DNA of 64,000 bases from Alphaproteobacteria bacterium (lineage in GTDB: Bacteria > Pseudomonadota > Alphaproteobacteria > UBA9219 > RGZA01), in the NCBI GenBank assembly GCA_028278105.1, contig JANQEX010000074.1:6237-70236 (forward strand). Direction: 5' to 3'. A program made the translations under genes and the position numbers. Position 1 is the first letter of the stretch. Every line of letters starts with the position of its first letter. The notes beneath the pieces were generated by a model, which was not told the origin of the DNA, did not search any database, and worked only from the letters and a program-made list of their open reading frames with translations. Of the stretch, positions 37,360-46,999 are shown in pieces.

Positions 37360-38763
37360 CTAAACAACCGCGCCGGGATTGAGAATGTTGCCGGGATCAA
37401 GCGCGGCCTTGATCCTGCGCATCAGGGCGATGTTCGCGGGCGGCGTGGTGCGGAGAAATTCCTCGCGCTTGAACCGGCCGATCCCGTGCTCCGCGTTGAT
37501 GCTGCCGCCATGACCGAGAACCAGATCATGCAGGGCCACCGCCATTTCGTCGCGCCGGGCGAGAAATGCGGCGGGGCTGCCGTCTTCGGGCATGCTGATA
37601 TTGTAATGCAGGCTCCCGTCGCCGAGATGTCCAAACACGTAAGGCCGCGCGCCGGGAATTGTTTTTTCGACAAGCTCCGCCGCGCGCGCGAGGAAATCCG
37701 CCATTTCATTCAGGGGAAGGGCCACGTCGTGCTTGAGCGACGCGCCGAGATTTTTCTGGGCGCGAATGACGGCCTCGCGCAATTGCCAGAACGCCTTTGC
37801 CTCCGCGACGTTTTTGGCAAGCGCTGCATCGGCGGCCATGTTCTCCTTCACCAGGGAATCAAGCGCCGTTTCAAGCCGGGCCTGGCCGTCTGCTCCGTGA
37901 AGCTCGATCAGTGCCGTCCATGGAAAATGTTGGGCAAAAGGTTCGCGCTGGTTGCCATAATGCACGGCGCTTTCCACGGCAAGGCGCGGCATGATCTCGA
38001 AGGCGGCGAGGCCGTCGCCGGATTTTTCGCGCAAGGCTCCCAGCGCTTCCACCGCCTTGCCGATACCGGCAAAACCGGCCAGCGCCGTTTCGATCACGGC
38101 GGGGAGGGGGCGAAGCGCCAGCGATGCGGCGGTAATGATGCCAAGCGTGCCTTCCGATCCGCACAAGAGGTTGCGCATGTCGTAACCTGAATTGTTCTTG
38201 CGCAATCCGCGCAAGTCGCGGAATACGGACCCGTCGGCCATCACCGCCTCTATCCCCAATATTTGCGCGCGCATCGGCCCGTAGAGCGGCGTGAAAGAAC
38301 CGCCTGCATTGGTGGCAATCGCGCCGCCGACGCTGGCCGCGCCCTCGGCGGCGAAACTCATCGCCAGAAAGCGGTTCTTTTCTTCGGCGGCTTTCCGGGC
38401 GTTGGCCAGGGTGCATCCGGCTTCGGCCCGCATGCTGAAATTGGCGCTGTCCACCGCGTGAATGGCGTTCATGCGCGAAAGATTGAGGGTCAGCATGTCT
38501 CCGTCCGGCGTGGACACGCCCGCGCCCGCGAGCCCGGTCTTGCCGCCCTGCGGCACAAGCGGGATGCGGTGCAAGGCGCAAAGCCCGACGATTTTCGCCA
38601 CCTGTGCCGTGTTTTGGGGCAGGAGAACGCAGGGGCTCCGTCCCGTCACGCGCCCGCGCTCTTCGCGCATATAAGGCGCCATGGCGGCATCGTCGCGCAG
38701 GCAGCCTTCCGGGCCGGTGATGGCGGCGAAGGCGTCGAGAATATGCGGCGCGATCATTTTCAT
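37360..38763 (-). CDS. FAD-linked oxidase (GlcD / D-2-hydroxyacid dehydrogenase family)
   Basis: FAD-binding PCMH domain and C-terminal FAD-oxidase domain (EHGIGRFKREE). Confidence 0.75.
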   Translation of the reverse strand: MKMIAPHILDAFAAITGPEGCLRDDAAMAPYMREERGRVTGRSPCVLLPQNTAQVAKIVGLCALHRIPLVPQGGKTGLAGAGVSTPDGDMLTLNLSRMNAIHAVDSANFSMRAEAGCTLANARKAAEEKNRFLAMSFAAEGAASVGGAIATNAGGSFTPLYGPMRAQILGIEAVMADGSVFRDLRGLRKNNSGYDMRNLLCGSEGTLGIITAASLALRPLPAVIETALAGFAGIGKAVEALGALREKSGDGLAAFEIMPRLAVESAVHYGNQREPFAQHFPWTALIELHGADGQARLETALDSLVKENMAADAALAKNVAEAKAFWQLREAVIRAQKNLGASLKHDVALPLNEMADFLARAAELVEKTIPGARPYVFGHLGDGSLHYNISMPEDGSPAAFLARRDEMAVALHDLVLGHGGSINAEHGIGRFKREEFLRTTPPANIALMRRIKAALDPGNILNPGAVV

Positions 38764-39743
38764 TTTTCGCGCGGCGCGGCGGCGCGGCGGAGGCGGTCGT
38801 TGATGGCAAGGCCCAGCCCCGTTTCCGGTATGGGGCTGACGGCGATGGCGCGGGCGCCCGCCGCGTCCAGCGCGTGAAGCAGGACGAACAAATTCGCCGC
38901 CGCCTCGCGCAGATCGCCGCTTTCGCTGAGATTCACGAAAGGATCGGCCTTTGGAAACGGGCCGGGGCCGAAGGCAAGGAAGGCTTCGCCTTCCTCCGCG
39001 TCGTGCGCGTTCAGGCGCAGGCGCGCGCGCGGCGCGTAATGGCTTTGCAACTGGCCGGGCGATTTGGGATTCGATTCATTTTGCGCGGACGCGCGCGCAA
39101 GCGGGCCGATCACCGCCTCGATCTGTTCCGGCGCGATGCCGCCGGGGCGGAGAAGGGTGGCTTTCTTTTCCGTCAGGCCGATGACGGTGGATTCAACCCC
39201 AAGCGGACAGCGCCCCGCGCCCAGCACCATATCCACCGCGTTGCCCAGGCTTTCCGTCACGTGCCGGGGCGTGGTGCTGCTCAGGCGGCCCGAAGGATTG
39301 GCGGAAGGTGCTGCCACCGGCACGCCCGCCGCGCGCAGCAGGGCCAGCGCCACGGGATGCGATGGAATGCGCACGGCAAGGCTTGGCAGCCCCGCGCCGG
39401 CCAGAAGCGAGACGGGAGAATTCCGCGCGCGCGGCAGCACCAGCGTCAGCGGACCCGGCCAGAAGGCGGCGGCCAGTTCTTCCGCCCGTCCGTCCGGCTG
39501 CACGATTTCCTCAAGTTGCGCCGGATCATGAAGATGGACGATCAGCGGGTTGAATGCGGGACGGCCCTTGGCGGCGAAGATGCGCGCCACCGTCCGGTCG
39601 TTGGCGGCATCGCCGCCAAGACCGTAGACGGTTTCGGTGGGAAAGGCGACAAGCCCGCCCGCTTTTAAAATACGGGCGGCCTGCTCAATCGGCTCTTTCG
39701 CGGGCCGCGCGGCGTCGACGGCGATGAGTTGGGCTTGGGACAT
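38760..39743 (-). CDS. tsaC: L-threonylcarbamoyladenylate synthase (Sua5/YrdC type, with C-terminal domain)
   Basis: YrdC domain (FPTETVYGLGGDA) plus Sua5 C-terminal domain. Confidence 0.8.
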   Translation of the reverse strand: MSQAQLIAVDAARPAKEPIEQAARILKAGGLVAFPTETVYGLGGDAANDRTVARIFAAKGRPAFNPLIVHLHDPAQLEEIVQPDGRAEELAAAFWPGPLTLVLPRARNSPVSLLAGAGLPSLAVRIPSHPVALALLRAAGVPVAAPSANPSGRLSSTTPRHVTESLGNAVDMVLGAGRCPLGVESTVIGLTEKKATLLRPGGIAPEQIEAVIGPLARASAQNESNPKSPGQLQSHYAPRARLRLNAHDAEEGEAFLAFGPGPFPKADPFVNLSESGDLREAAANLFVLLHALDAAGARAIAVSPIPETGLGLAINDRLRRAAAPREK

Positions 39744-39987
39744 TTTTGCTGTTAGCAGGACTTCGGCTATCGCGGGAAAACCAAACTTTCCTCCGGGTGA
39801 TGTTTTACTTTGACAATCACCCCCGTCCCCGCTTTCGCGGGGACAGGCTCCGGTGGGGGGCCCATTTGATTAAAAACAATGGGATGCCCGCCTTCGTGGG
39901 CATGATGTTTTTCAAACTGAGACGCTACCTTTTGTTGACCTTGTTGGCCCTGGGTCAGTTGATTGATAAAGACTCTTTAGTTTTCCT

Positions 39988-40503
39988 TCAGCTTTCCTTC
40001 GCCGCCGCCAGCACGTCCTCCACATGGCCGGGAACTTTGACCTTGCGCCAACTCTTGAGGATGTTGCCCGTGCCGTCGATCAGGAAAGTGGCGCGGTCCA
40101 TGCCCATATATTTGCGGCCGTAGAGGCTTTTTTCGATCCACACGCCAAAGGCTTTGGCCGCTTTCAGGCTTTCGTCGGAGGCCAGCGGGAAGGAGAGGCG
40201 GTATTTTTTGGCGAATTTCCCGTGGCTTTCAATGCCGTCTTTCGAAACGCCGATGACGGTTACGCCGGCTTTTTTGAAACGCGCAAGGTTTTTTTGAAAA
40301 TCGCAGGCTTCTTTGGTGCAGCCCGACGTATCGTCTTTCGGATAGAAATAGAGAACGAATTTTTTCCCCTTTAGTTCCTTGAGCGAAACCGTGCCCATGG
40401 CGGTGGGCAGGCTGAAGGAAGGAGCCTTCGCCTTTGTCGCCGGCTTTTTGCCGCGTGGCGATGCCTTCGTTTTCTTTACAACTGCTTTACGGCTTTGCGC
40501 CAT
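39988..40503 (-). CDS. bcp: Peroxiredoxin Bcp (thiol peroxidase) with a lysine/alanine-rich N-terminal extension
   Basis: FVLYFYPKDDTSGCT peroxidatic-Cys motif, preceded by about 35 aa of KAVVKKTKASPRGKKPATKAKA. The 678-aa ORF in the track is otherwise an antisense artefact of the next gene. Confidence 0.8.
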   Translation of the reverse strand: MAQSRKAVVKKTKASPRGKKPATKAKAPSFSLPTAMGTVSLKELKGKKFVLYFYPKDDTSGCTKEACDFQKNLARFKKAGVTVIGVSKDGIESHGKFAKKYRLSFPLASDESLKAAKAFGVWIEKSLYGRKYMGMDRATFLIDGTGNILKSWRKVKVPGHVEDVLAAAKES

Positions 40504-40593
40504 TTTACATTCTCCTTGGGAAAAACCGGGAGGACCCGTTAGAGTGAACAAATTGTTGTTCCGTCCTTCTTCTGTCAAGCCTGTCCCTCGCCC

Positions 40594-43500
40594 ATGCGGT
40601 ACTTGCGCAAAGCATTGATCCTGTTTCTGGAAGGCCTGATGGCGCTTGTGGCGATGGCCGCGCTGCTGGTGGCCCTGTTCGTGGGCCGGCTGATGATGGG
40701 GCCGCTGACGACCACGGCGCTGACCCCCTGGGTGCAGCGCGCCCTCAGCTTCCCGGAACACAACATTGCCGCGGAAGTCACGCAAAGCATGATAACCTGG
40801 GACAAGACGCGCCGGAAAATCGTGCTGGACCTTGCCAATGTCCGTTTCCTCGATCCGCTGGGGCAGAAAGTGGCCGACGTCCCGCAGGTGCTTTTGGTGT
40901 TTTCGCCGCTGGGATATTTCGATGCGTCCCATTCGCCCTGGATTTTGGTCACGCGGCACCCGCAGCTTCATCTGCGCGTCGATCAAACGGGACAGTTGCG
41001 CCTCGGCGCGTTGCAGGCGGGCGAGTCGAACATCCTTGAGCGCGACGAGGAAACGCCCATCACCGCCGAAACCGTCAGCGAGCAACTCCAGGCGCTGGCG
41101 GGCAATCTGCAAACGCCGTTTGACCTGTTTTCGAACGTCAGGATCGAAAATCTGGGCGTGACCCTGATCGACGAGCCGCATAACGAAATGTGGAATTTCC
41201 GGGCGCCGGTCCTTTCCATGAAAAGGCAGGGACAGGATCGCGTCGGCGTCGCCACGCTTCATGTAACGAAGGGAAAGCTTGCCGCGGAGATTGATCTTTC
41301 GCTGCGCTATGCGGATTCCGACAAGCTGTTTCACGCCGGTCTTGCCTTCAAGGATATCGATTCCACGCTGCTGAGCGCGCGGGCCCTGTCTTTTGTTCCG
41401 GCCGATTACGTCAAGGCAAAGCTCGGCGGCGTGGCCGAGGCGGCCTTTGATGCCCATCTTGGCCTGCGGACGGCGGAGCTTTCGCTCAAGCTGGGGCCGG
41501 GCAGCCTGACGGAACCCGGAACTTTCCCGGCGCCGCTGAAAATAACCGGAGCCTCCCTCGCGGCCCATTACACCGGAAGCGACAACACGCTTACGCTGGA
41601 CAGCCTTGACGTCGCCTTCGAAAAAGCGGCGCTTTCCGCCACGGGCAAGGTGCAGTTCGGTGATGACGCGCAAATGGCTTCCGGGCATTTCCGGCTCGCC
41701 GGTCTGCGGCTGGAGCATCTGCCGGAATTCTGGCCGCCCGGCAAGGCCGCCAATGCCCGCGACTGGATCCTGGCCAACATGAAAAAAGGCCTTGCCGAGG
41801 AGGTGACGCTTGATATCGGCATCTCGATCCCCGGAACCGATTTCAGCCAGACAAAGCTCGACCGGCTGAAGGGCACGGTCAGGATGAAGGAGACCGAACT
41901 CCGCTACTGGGAACCCATGCCGGTCCTGACGAATGTCAGCGCCCGCGCCACGTTTGACGCGCTTCACTTCGACATTGCCGTGGAGGGCGGCGAAATGGAC
42001 GCCATCCGCCTTAAGCCCTCGCATGTCGTGATTTCAGGGCTGAGCGCGGAAGACCAGTATGCCGATGTGACGGCCCATATTGCCGGCCCCGCCCAGGATG
42101 TGCTGCGCGTGCTTGACCGCAAGCCGCTGGGCTATGCCGGAAAGATCCGCATTCCGCCCGCGAGCATCAGGAGCGGGCAGGTGGACGGCATCCTGAAAAC
42201 AAAGTTTCCCCTTATCAAGGCGCTGGAGCTGGACAAAATGAACCTGTCGGCCGAGGTCAAGTTGCAGGATCTGTCGGTGGCAAGGGTTGCAGACCTGTTC
42301 GATATTTCCGGGGCGAATGTGGTTCTGGGCGTCGATACGCGCGCCCTCAGCGTCGACGGCGACGGCCGGTTGAACGGCGTGAAGTCCCGCATCCGCTGGG
42401 ACGAGAAATTTTCGCCCCAGCCCGGCCAGCCGCTCAGCCGCGGCGTGGCGTCGGCCCGGACGCCGCTCGACAGCGCCGCCAAATTCGGCGTGGGGTTTCC
42501 CATGCGCAGCGATCCCATGCCCGTCACGGTCGTATACGACCGTTACCCGGATCTGTCGCGCCTGACCGTTTCGGCCGACGCCAAAAACGCCAGTCTTGAT
42601 CTTCCCGATATTTACTACCACAAGCCCGCGGGCCACGATGCCGATATCCGCGCCGTGCTGGAATGGGGCGGGGGCGCGCCCTTGCGCCTGCCGCAGATCC
42701 GTCTTTCCGGCAGGAACCTGAATGTCAAGGGAACGGGAGGATTTGATTCTTCCGGCAAGAACCTGAACAGGCTGACGCTTGATCCTTTCATCATCGGGGC
42801 CAGCAAGGCCAGGCTGGGTTACAGGAAGGAAAACGGCGTTTCCGAATGGACAATCGGCGGGAGCACGCTGGATGCGCGGGGGTATTTCCGGTCGGCCGGC
42901 AGCGCCGCGCCCGAAAAACCGCCGCCGCCCGGCCCGTTAAAGCTCAACGTGCGGCTGGACCACATGATGACCGGCGATGCGCCGGCGGCGCATCTGGACG
43001 ATGTGCGCGTCCGCGGCGTGCGCGATGCGCGGGGCTGGGTTTCGCTGAACGCATCCGCCACGGCGGACGGCGCGCCGGTCCGTCTTGTCCTGGCGCCGGA
43101 GGGCAAGGAAACCAAGTTGCGCGCCTCGACCCCGGATCTTGGCAAGCTCTTGCGCGCGCTGGACGTCACCGACACGCTCACCGGCGGAAAGCTGGAGATG
43201 GACGGACGGGGCGAGCCGAAAGGCGACGAACCCCGCAGCATTTTCGGCCATATCACGCTGAGCGATTACCGGGTCGGCGGCATGCCCTTTCTGGTGCGGC
43301 TGCTTAGCGCCATTTCGCCCGACGTGCTGGGCATTCTGGGCAATCGCGCGCTGCGCTTTGACGATCTGAAAAGCGAATATATCTGGTCGCGGGATTCCTT
43401 TATCTTCACCAAGGCCAACACCTCCACCGGCACGCTGGGCCTGACGGCGGCGGGCCGGATCGACCTGTTGCGCAGCGCCATCAATCTGGAAGGGCAGGTG

Positions 43501-43719
43501 ATCCCGGTCTATTTCGTCAGCCGGATTCTGGGCGCCATTCCGGTGATCGGCGATCTTCTGACCGGGGGGGAAGGCAAGGGCCTCTTCGCCGCCGCCTATA
43601 CGGTGAAAGGGCCGCTTTCGAAGCCGAAGATTTCGGTCAATCCCGTGTCGGTGCTGGCGCCCGGCATCATCCGCGACATCCTGTTTTCCGACCCGGACAT
43701 TGCGAAGGAAGATAAATAA
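40594..43719 (+). CDS. AsmA/YhdP-like large envelope protein (N-terminal TM anchor, DUF3971-like)
   Basis: 1041-aa protein with a single N-terminal TM helix and repetitive beta-rich body, typical of the AsmA-like lipid-transport family. Confidence 0.6.
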   Translation: MRYLRKALILFLEGLMALVAMAALLVALFVGRLMMGPLTTTALTPWVQRALSFPEHNIAAEVTQSMITWDKTRRKIVLDLANVRFLDPLGQKVADVPQVLLVFSPLGYFDASHSPWILVTRHPQLHLRVDQTGQLRLGALQAGESNILERDEETPITAETVSEQLQALAGNLQTPFDLFSNVRIENLGVTLIDEPHNEMWNFRAPVLSMKRQGQDRVGVATLHVTKGKLAAEIDLSLRYADSDKLFHAGLAFKDIDSTLLSARALSFVPADYVKAKLGGVAEAAFDAHLGLRTAELSLKLGPGSLTEPGTFPAPLKITGASLAAHYTGSDNTLTLDSLDVAFEKAALSATGKVQFGDDAQMASGHFRLAGLRLEHLPEFWPPGKAANARDWILANMKKGLAEEVTLDIGISIPGTDFSQTKLDRLKGTVRMKETELRYWEPMPVLTNVSARATFDALHFDIAVEGGEMDAIRLKPSHVVISGLSAEDQYADVTAHIAGPAQDVLRVLDRKPLGYAGKIRIPPASIRSGQVDGILKTKFPLIKALELDKMNLSAEVKLQDLSVARVADLFDISGANVVLGVDTRALSVDGDGRLNGVKSRIRWDEKFSPQPGQPLSRGVASARTPLDSAAKFGVGFPMRSDPMPVTVVYDRYPDLSRLTVSADAKNASLDLPDIYYHKPAGHDADIRAVLEWGGGAPLRLPQIRLSGRNLNVKGTGGFDSSGKNLNRLTLDPFIIGASKARLGYRKENGVSEWTIGGSTLDARGYFRSAGSAAPEKPPPPGPLKLNVRLDHMMTGDAPAAHLDDVRVRGVRDARGWVSLNASATADGAPVRLVLAPEGKETKLRASTPDLGKLLRALDVTDTLTGGKLEMDGRGEPKGDEPRSIFGHITLSDYRVGGMPFLVRLLSAISPDVLGILGNRALRFDDLKSEYIWSRDSFIFTKANTSTGTLGLTAAGRIDLLRSAINLEGQVIPVYFVSRILGAIPVIGDLLTGGEGKGLFAAAYTVKGPLSKPKISVNPVSVLAPGIIRDILFSDPDIAKEDK

Positions 43720-43737
43720 CGGGCCGCCGGACGGCGC

Positions 43738-44478
43738 TTATTTCCGCACCACGATCTTCTGGTAAAGCCCGCCGAAATATTTGGCGCGGCGGAAATCATG
43801 CCGCGCCAGTTCGGGAATGACTTCGTCCATTTCCCGCCGCCACAGGTCGACGGCGAAAGGCTCCAGCTTGCCGAGAACAGGTAGCAGCAACCAGCGCAGC
43901 GGATTATTCCTGTTTGGCTTGCCGTAATCCACGATCACCAGCTTGCCGCCGGGCTTGAGGACGCGCAGCGCCTCGCCCAGCGTGCGCTCGCGGAATAGCT
44001 GCGGCTGCTCATGCAGCAAAAAGAAAAGCAGCACCTGATCGTAATGCGCATCGGGCATGGCGAGTGCCGTGGAATCCATCTGCATGAGGTTCACCGGCGC
44101 GTCCGGCTTCAGCTTGCGCTTGAGGTTTTCAAGCTGCACCGGCATGACATCCAGCACGTCCAGCGCGCCGCCGCCCGCCGCCACGCGGCCGGCCAGGCGC
44201 GGCGTCAGATCGCCATAGCAGCAGGTGATTTGCAGGCTGCGCCCGGAAACCCTGTCGCCGAACTCCTCCAGCGCGGCGTTGCCCAGCTTTTTGTAGTTGC
44301 CGAGAAGGATGAGGTTTATCAGCCAGTCGCGCTCGAAAAACCTGACCGCCCAGGGGTCCACATAGGCCCACCAGTAATAGTTGTCGAGATAATAGGGGGC
44401 GTGGGGATTGGGCTTGCGGGCGAGAATGTCCGGCGCGAAGAAAGGCCGGGGCATGGGCGGGCTTTTGATCTGGAGCAT
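43738..44478 (-). CDS. Class I SAM-dependent methyltransferase
   Basis: SAM-binding motif region (LDVLDVMPVQL...GGKLVIVDY). Confidence 0.6.
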   Translation of the reverse strand: MLQIKSPPMPRPFFAPDILARKPNPHAPYYLDNYYWWAYVDPWAVRFFERDWLINLILLGNYKKLGNAALEEFGDRVSGRSLQITCCYGDLTPRLAGRVAAGGGALDVLDVMPVQLENLKRKLKPDAPVNLMQMDSTALAMPDAHYDQVLLFFLLHEQPQLFRERTLGEALRVLKPGGKLVIVDYGKPNRNNPLRWLLLPVLGKLEPFAVDLWRREMDEVIPELARHDFRRAKYFGGLYQKIVVRK

Positions 44479-44580
44479 GTCAGCACAAAACCTTGCGTTT
44501 CGCCGAACTTATCAGCCGGGCATGAGTGGCGCAAAGGCCAATTTACGGTGCAACGACTCGATTGCCGGAACGAACCAGGA

Positions 44581-45825
44581 CTAGCGGATGGTGACGATGG
44601 CGTGGCGCTTTTTGCCGACCGACAGCCTGAATTCGCCGGAAGGCGGAACCTTGCCGCCCAGCTTTTCGCCGGGAAGAACCAGGGCGTCGTTGATTTTCAC
44701 GCCGCGCTCCTCAATCAGCCGCCGCGCCTTGCTGTTGGATTCCGCAAAGCCCGCGCGCACGATCATTTCGGCCACGCCCAGTTTTTCGGCGTCGCTTTGC
44801 GACAGATCAAGCCGGGGCAGGCCGCCGCCCGCCGCGCCCTCCTCGAATGTTTTGCGCGCGGTTTCCGCGGCTTCTTTCGCGGCGGCTTCGCCGTGGCAAA
44901 GCTTCGTGGCCTCGAAGGCCAGGATTTTCTTGGCCTCGTTGATCTCCGCGTCTTTCAGTTTTTCCAGCCGCGCGATCTCGTCCGGCGGCAGGTCGGTGAA
45001 CAGGCGCAAAAAGCGGCCCACATCGGCGTCCCCGGCGTTGCGCCAGAATTGCCAGTAATCATAAGGCGAAAACCGCTCCGCCTTCAGCCAGACGGCGCCC
45101 GCGGCGGTCTTGCCCATCTTGGCACCCGAAGACAGGGTGATCAGCGGCGTGGTCAGGCCGTAAAGCGACGCTTGCAGGGTTTTGCGTCCCAGCTCGGTTC
45201 CGTTCACGATATTGCCCCACTGGTCCGATCCGCCCATTTGCAACGTGCAGCCATGACGCCTGTAAAGCTCGGTGAAGTCATAGGCCTGCATGATCATGTA
45301 ATTGAATTCAAGGAAGGTCAGCGGCTGCTCGCGGTCCAGCCGCAGCTTCACGGAATCGAAGGTCAGCATGCGGTTGATGGTGAAATGCGGGCCAATCTCG
45401 CGCAGGAAGGGGATGTATTCCAGCCGGTCCAGCCAGTCGGCGTTGTTCACCATCAGCGCGCCGGTTTCGCTGTCGTCGAAGCGCAGGTAACGGGCAAAAA
45501 TTTCCTTGATCAAGGCGATGTTGGCGTTGATCTCCGCGTCGCCCAGAAGCCGGCGCGTTTCGGTCCGTCCCGAAGGATCGCCTACCTTGGTGGTGCCGCC
45601 GCCCATCAGCACGATGGGCCGGTGTCCCGTCTGTTGCAGCCGGCGCAGCAGCATGATGCCGGCCAGATTGCCCACATGCAGGCTGCCGGCGGTGGCGTCG
45701 AAGCCGACATAGCCGGTGATCACGCCTTTTTGCGCGGCCGCGTCCAGCGCCGTGGCGTCGGTGATCTGGTGGATATACTGGCGCTCGTCAAGCAGGCGCA
45801 GGAAGGGGGATTGAAAGTCACTCAT
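44581..45825 (-). CDS. tyrS: Tyrosine--tRNA ligase
   Basis: HVGNL (HIGH-class) and KMGKT (KMSKS) motifs and C-terminal S4 domain. Start at MSDFQS. Confidence 0.9.
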   Translation of the reverse strand: MSDFQSPFLRLLDERQYIHQITDATALDAAAQKGVITGYVGFDATAGSLHVGNLAGIMLLRRLQQTGHRPIVLMGGGTTKVGDPSGRTETRRLLGDAEINANIALIKEIFARYLRFDDSETGALMVNNADWLDRLEYIPFLREIGPHFTINRMLTFDSVKLRLDREQPLTFLEFNYMIMQAYDFTELYRRHGCTLQMGGSDQWGNIVNGTELGRKTLQASLYGLTTPLITLSSGAKMGKTAAGAVWLKAERFSPYDYWQFWRNAGDADVGRFLRLFTDLPPDEIARLEKLKDAEINEAKKILAFEATKLCHGEAAAKEAAETARKTFEEGAAGGGLPRLDLSQSDAEKLGVAEMIVRAGFAESNSKARRLIEERGVKINDALVLPGEKLGGKVPPSGEFRLSVGKKRHAIVTIR

Positions 45826-45919
45826 CACAAAGCCATTTGAAAAAAGCCGAAGGTAGAGCATTTTTCACTGCCGCTCAAACGGGTTTTGCCGGTAAGCTTC
45901 CCGGAAAGCACAGGAAACC

Positions 45920-46999
45920 ATGCCCAAGATTGCCCGCGCGTCCAAAACCGGTAAAAAGCCCGTGCTGCGCGTCATCGGCCTGATGAGCGGCACGTCGATG
46001 GACGGCATCGACCTTGCCCTGATCGAGACGGACGGCGAAAGCCTTGTGCGCCGCAAGGCTTTCCTGTGCGCGCCCTATGCGCCGTCTTTTCGCAGGAAAC
46101 TGCGGGGCGCTCTCGGCAAAAGAAAGGCGCCCGGCCTTGCGCGCGAGTTGACGCTTCTTCACGCCCGCGCCGTAAAAATGTTTCTGCGCAAGTTGCGCGT
46201 GCCACCCCCGAAAATCGATGCGCTCGGCTTTCACGGCCATACCATCTTGCATGCGCCGGAAAAGCGCATCACGGTGCAAGTGGGCGACGGCGGCATGCTT
46301 GCCAAAGAAACCGGCATTCCCGTGGTGTGGGATTTTCGCGGCGATGACGTGAAGGCGGGCGGGCAGGGCGCGCCGCTGACTCCCGCCTATCACCGCGCGC
46401 TGGCGGCGAAATGGAAGCAGCCTTGCGCTTTCGTCAATATCGGCGGCGTTTCCAATATCACCTATATTGAGGGCCGCCGCCTGATCGCTTTCGATTCCGG
46501 TCCGGGCAACGCGCTTTTGGATGACTGGATGCTGCGCAAGACCGGCAGGCTGTTCGACGAAGAAGGCAGGCTGGCGCGCAAAGGAAAGGCGGATCCGGCC
46601 TGGCTAAAGCGTTTTCTGAGCCATCCCTATTTCCGGCGCAAGCCGCCCAAATCGCTGGACCGCGACGCCTTTGCCGTTTTTCTTCCGCACCATCTTGATG
46701 CCGCCAACGGCGCGGCGACCCTGGCGGCGATGACGGCCGAAGCCATTGCCGCGGGGCTGTCGCGGCTGCCAAAAAAGCCCCGGCTTCTTGCCGTCACGGG
46801 CGGCGGACGGCGCAATGATGAACTGATGCGGCTTTTGCGAAAGGTCTGCGCCTGCAAGGTTGTCGCCGTGGAGGCCAGGGGCCTGAACGGCGATGCGCTG
46901 GAGGCCGAAGCCTTCGCCTATCTTGCCGCGAGAGCGCTGAAAGGCCTGCCGATTGCCTTTACGGAGACGACAGGGCGGCGGCGTCGGAACCCGGCTTGA
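45920..46999 (+). CDS. anmK: Anhydro-N-acetylmuramic acid kinase
   Basis: N-terminal GLMSGTSMDGIDLAL motif and AnmK fold. Confidence 0.85.
   Translation: MPKIARASKTGKKPVLRVIGLMSGTSMDGIDLALIETDGESLVRRKAFLCAPYAPSFRRKLRGALGKRKAPGLARELTLLHARAVKMFLRKLRVPPPKIDALGFHGHTILHAPEKRITVQVGDGGMLAKETGIPVVWDFRGDDVKAGGQGAPLTPAYHRALAAKWKQPCAFVNIGGVSNITYIEGRRLIAFDSGPGNALLDDWMLRKTGRLFDEEGRLARKGKADPAWLKRFLSHPYFRRKPPKSLDRDAFAVFLPHHLDAANGAATLAAMTAEAIAAGLSRLPKKPRLLAVTGGGRRNDELMRLLRKVCACKVVAVEARGLNGDALEAEAFAYLAARALKGLPIAFTETTGRRRRNPA

Noticed and set aside
40504-42024. N-terminal 500 aa of the 678-aa minus-strand ORF 39988..42024
   Set aside because: Only the last about 170 aa (Bcp) are protein-like. The rest is antisense to the well-supported 1041-aa AsmA-like gene on the plus strand.
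44011-45840. 609-aa plus-strand ORF
   Set aside because: Antisense to tyrS, which has unambiguous class I aaRS motifs. Typical high-GC shadow ORF.
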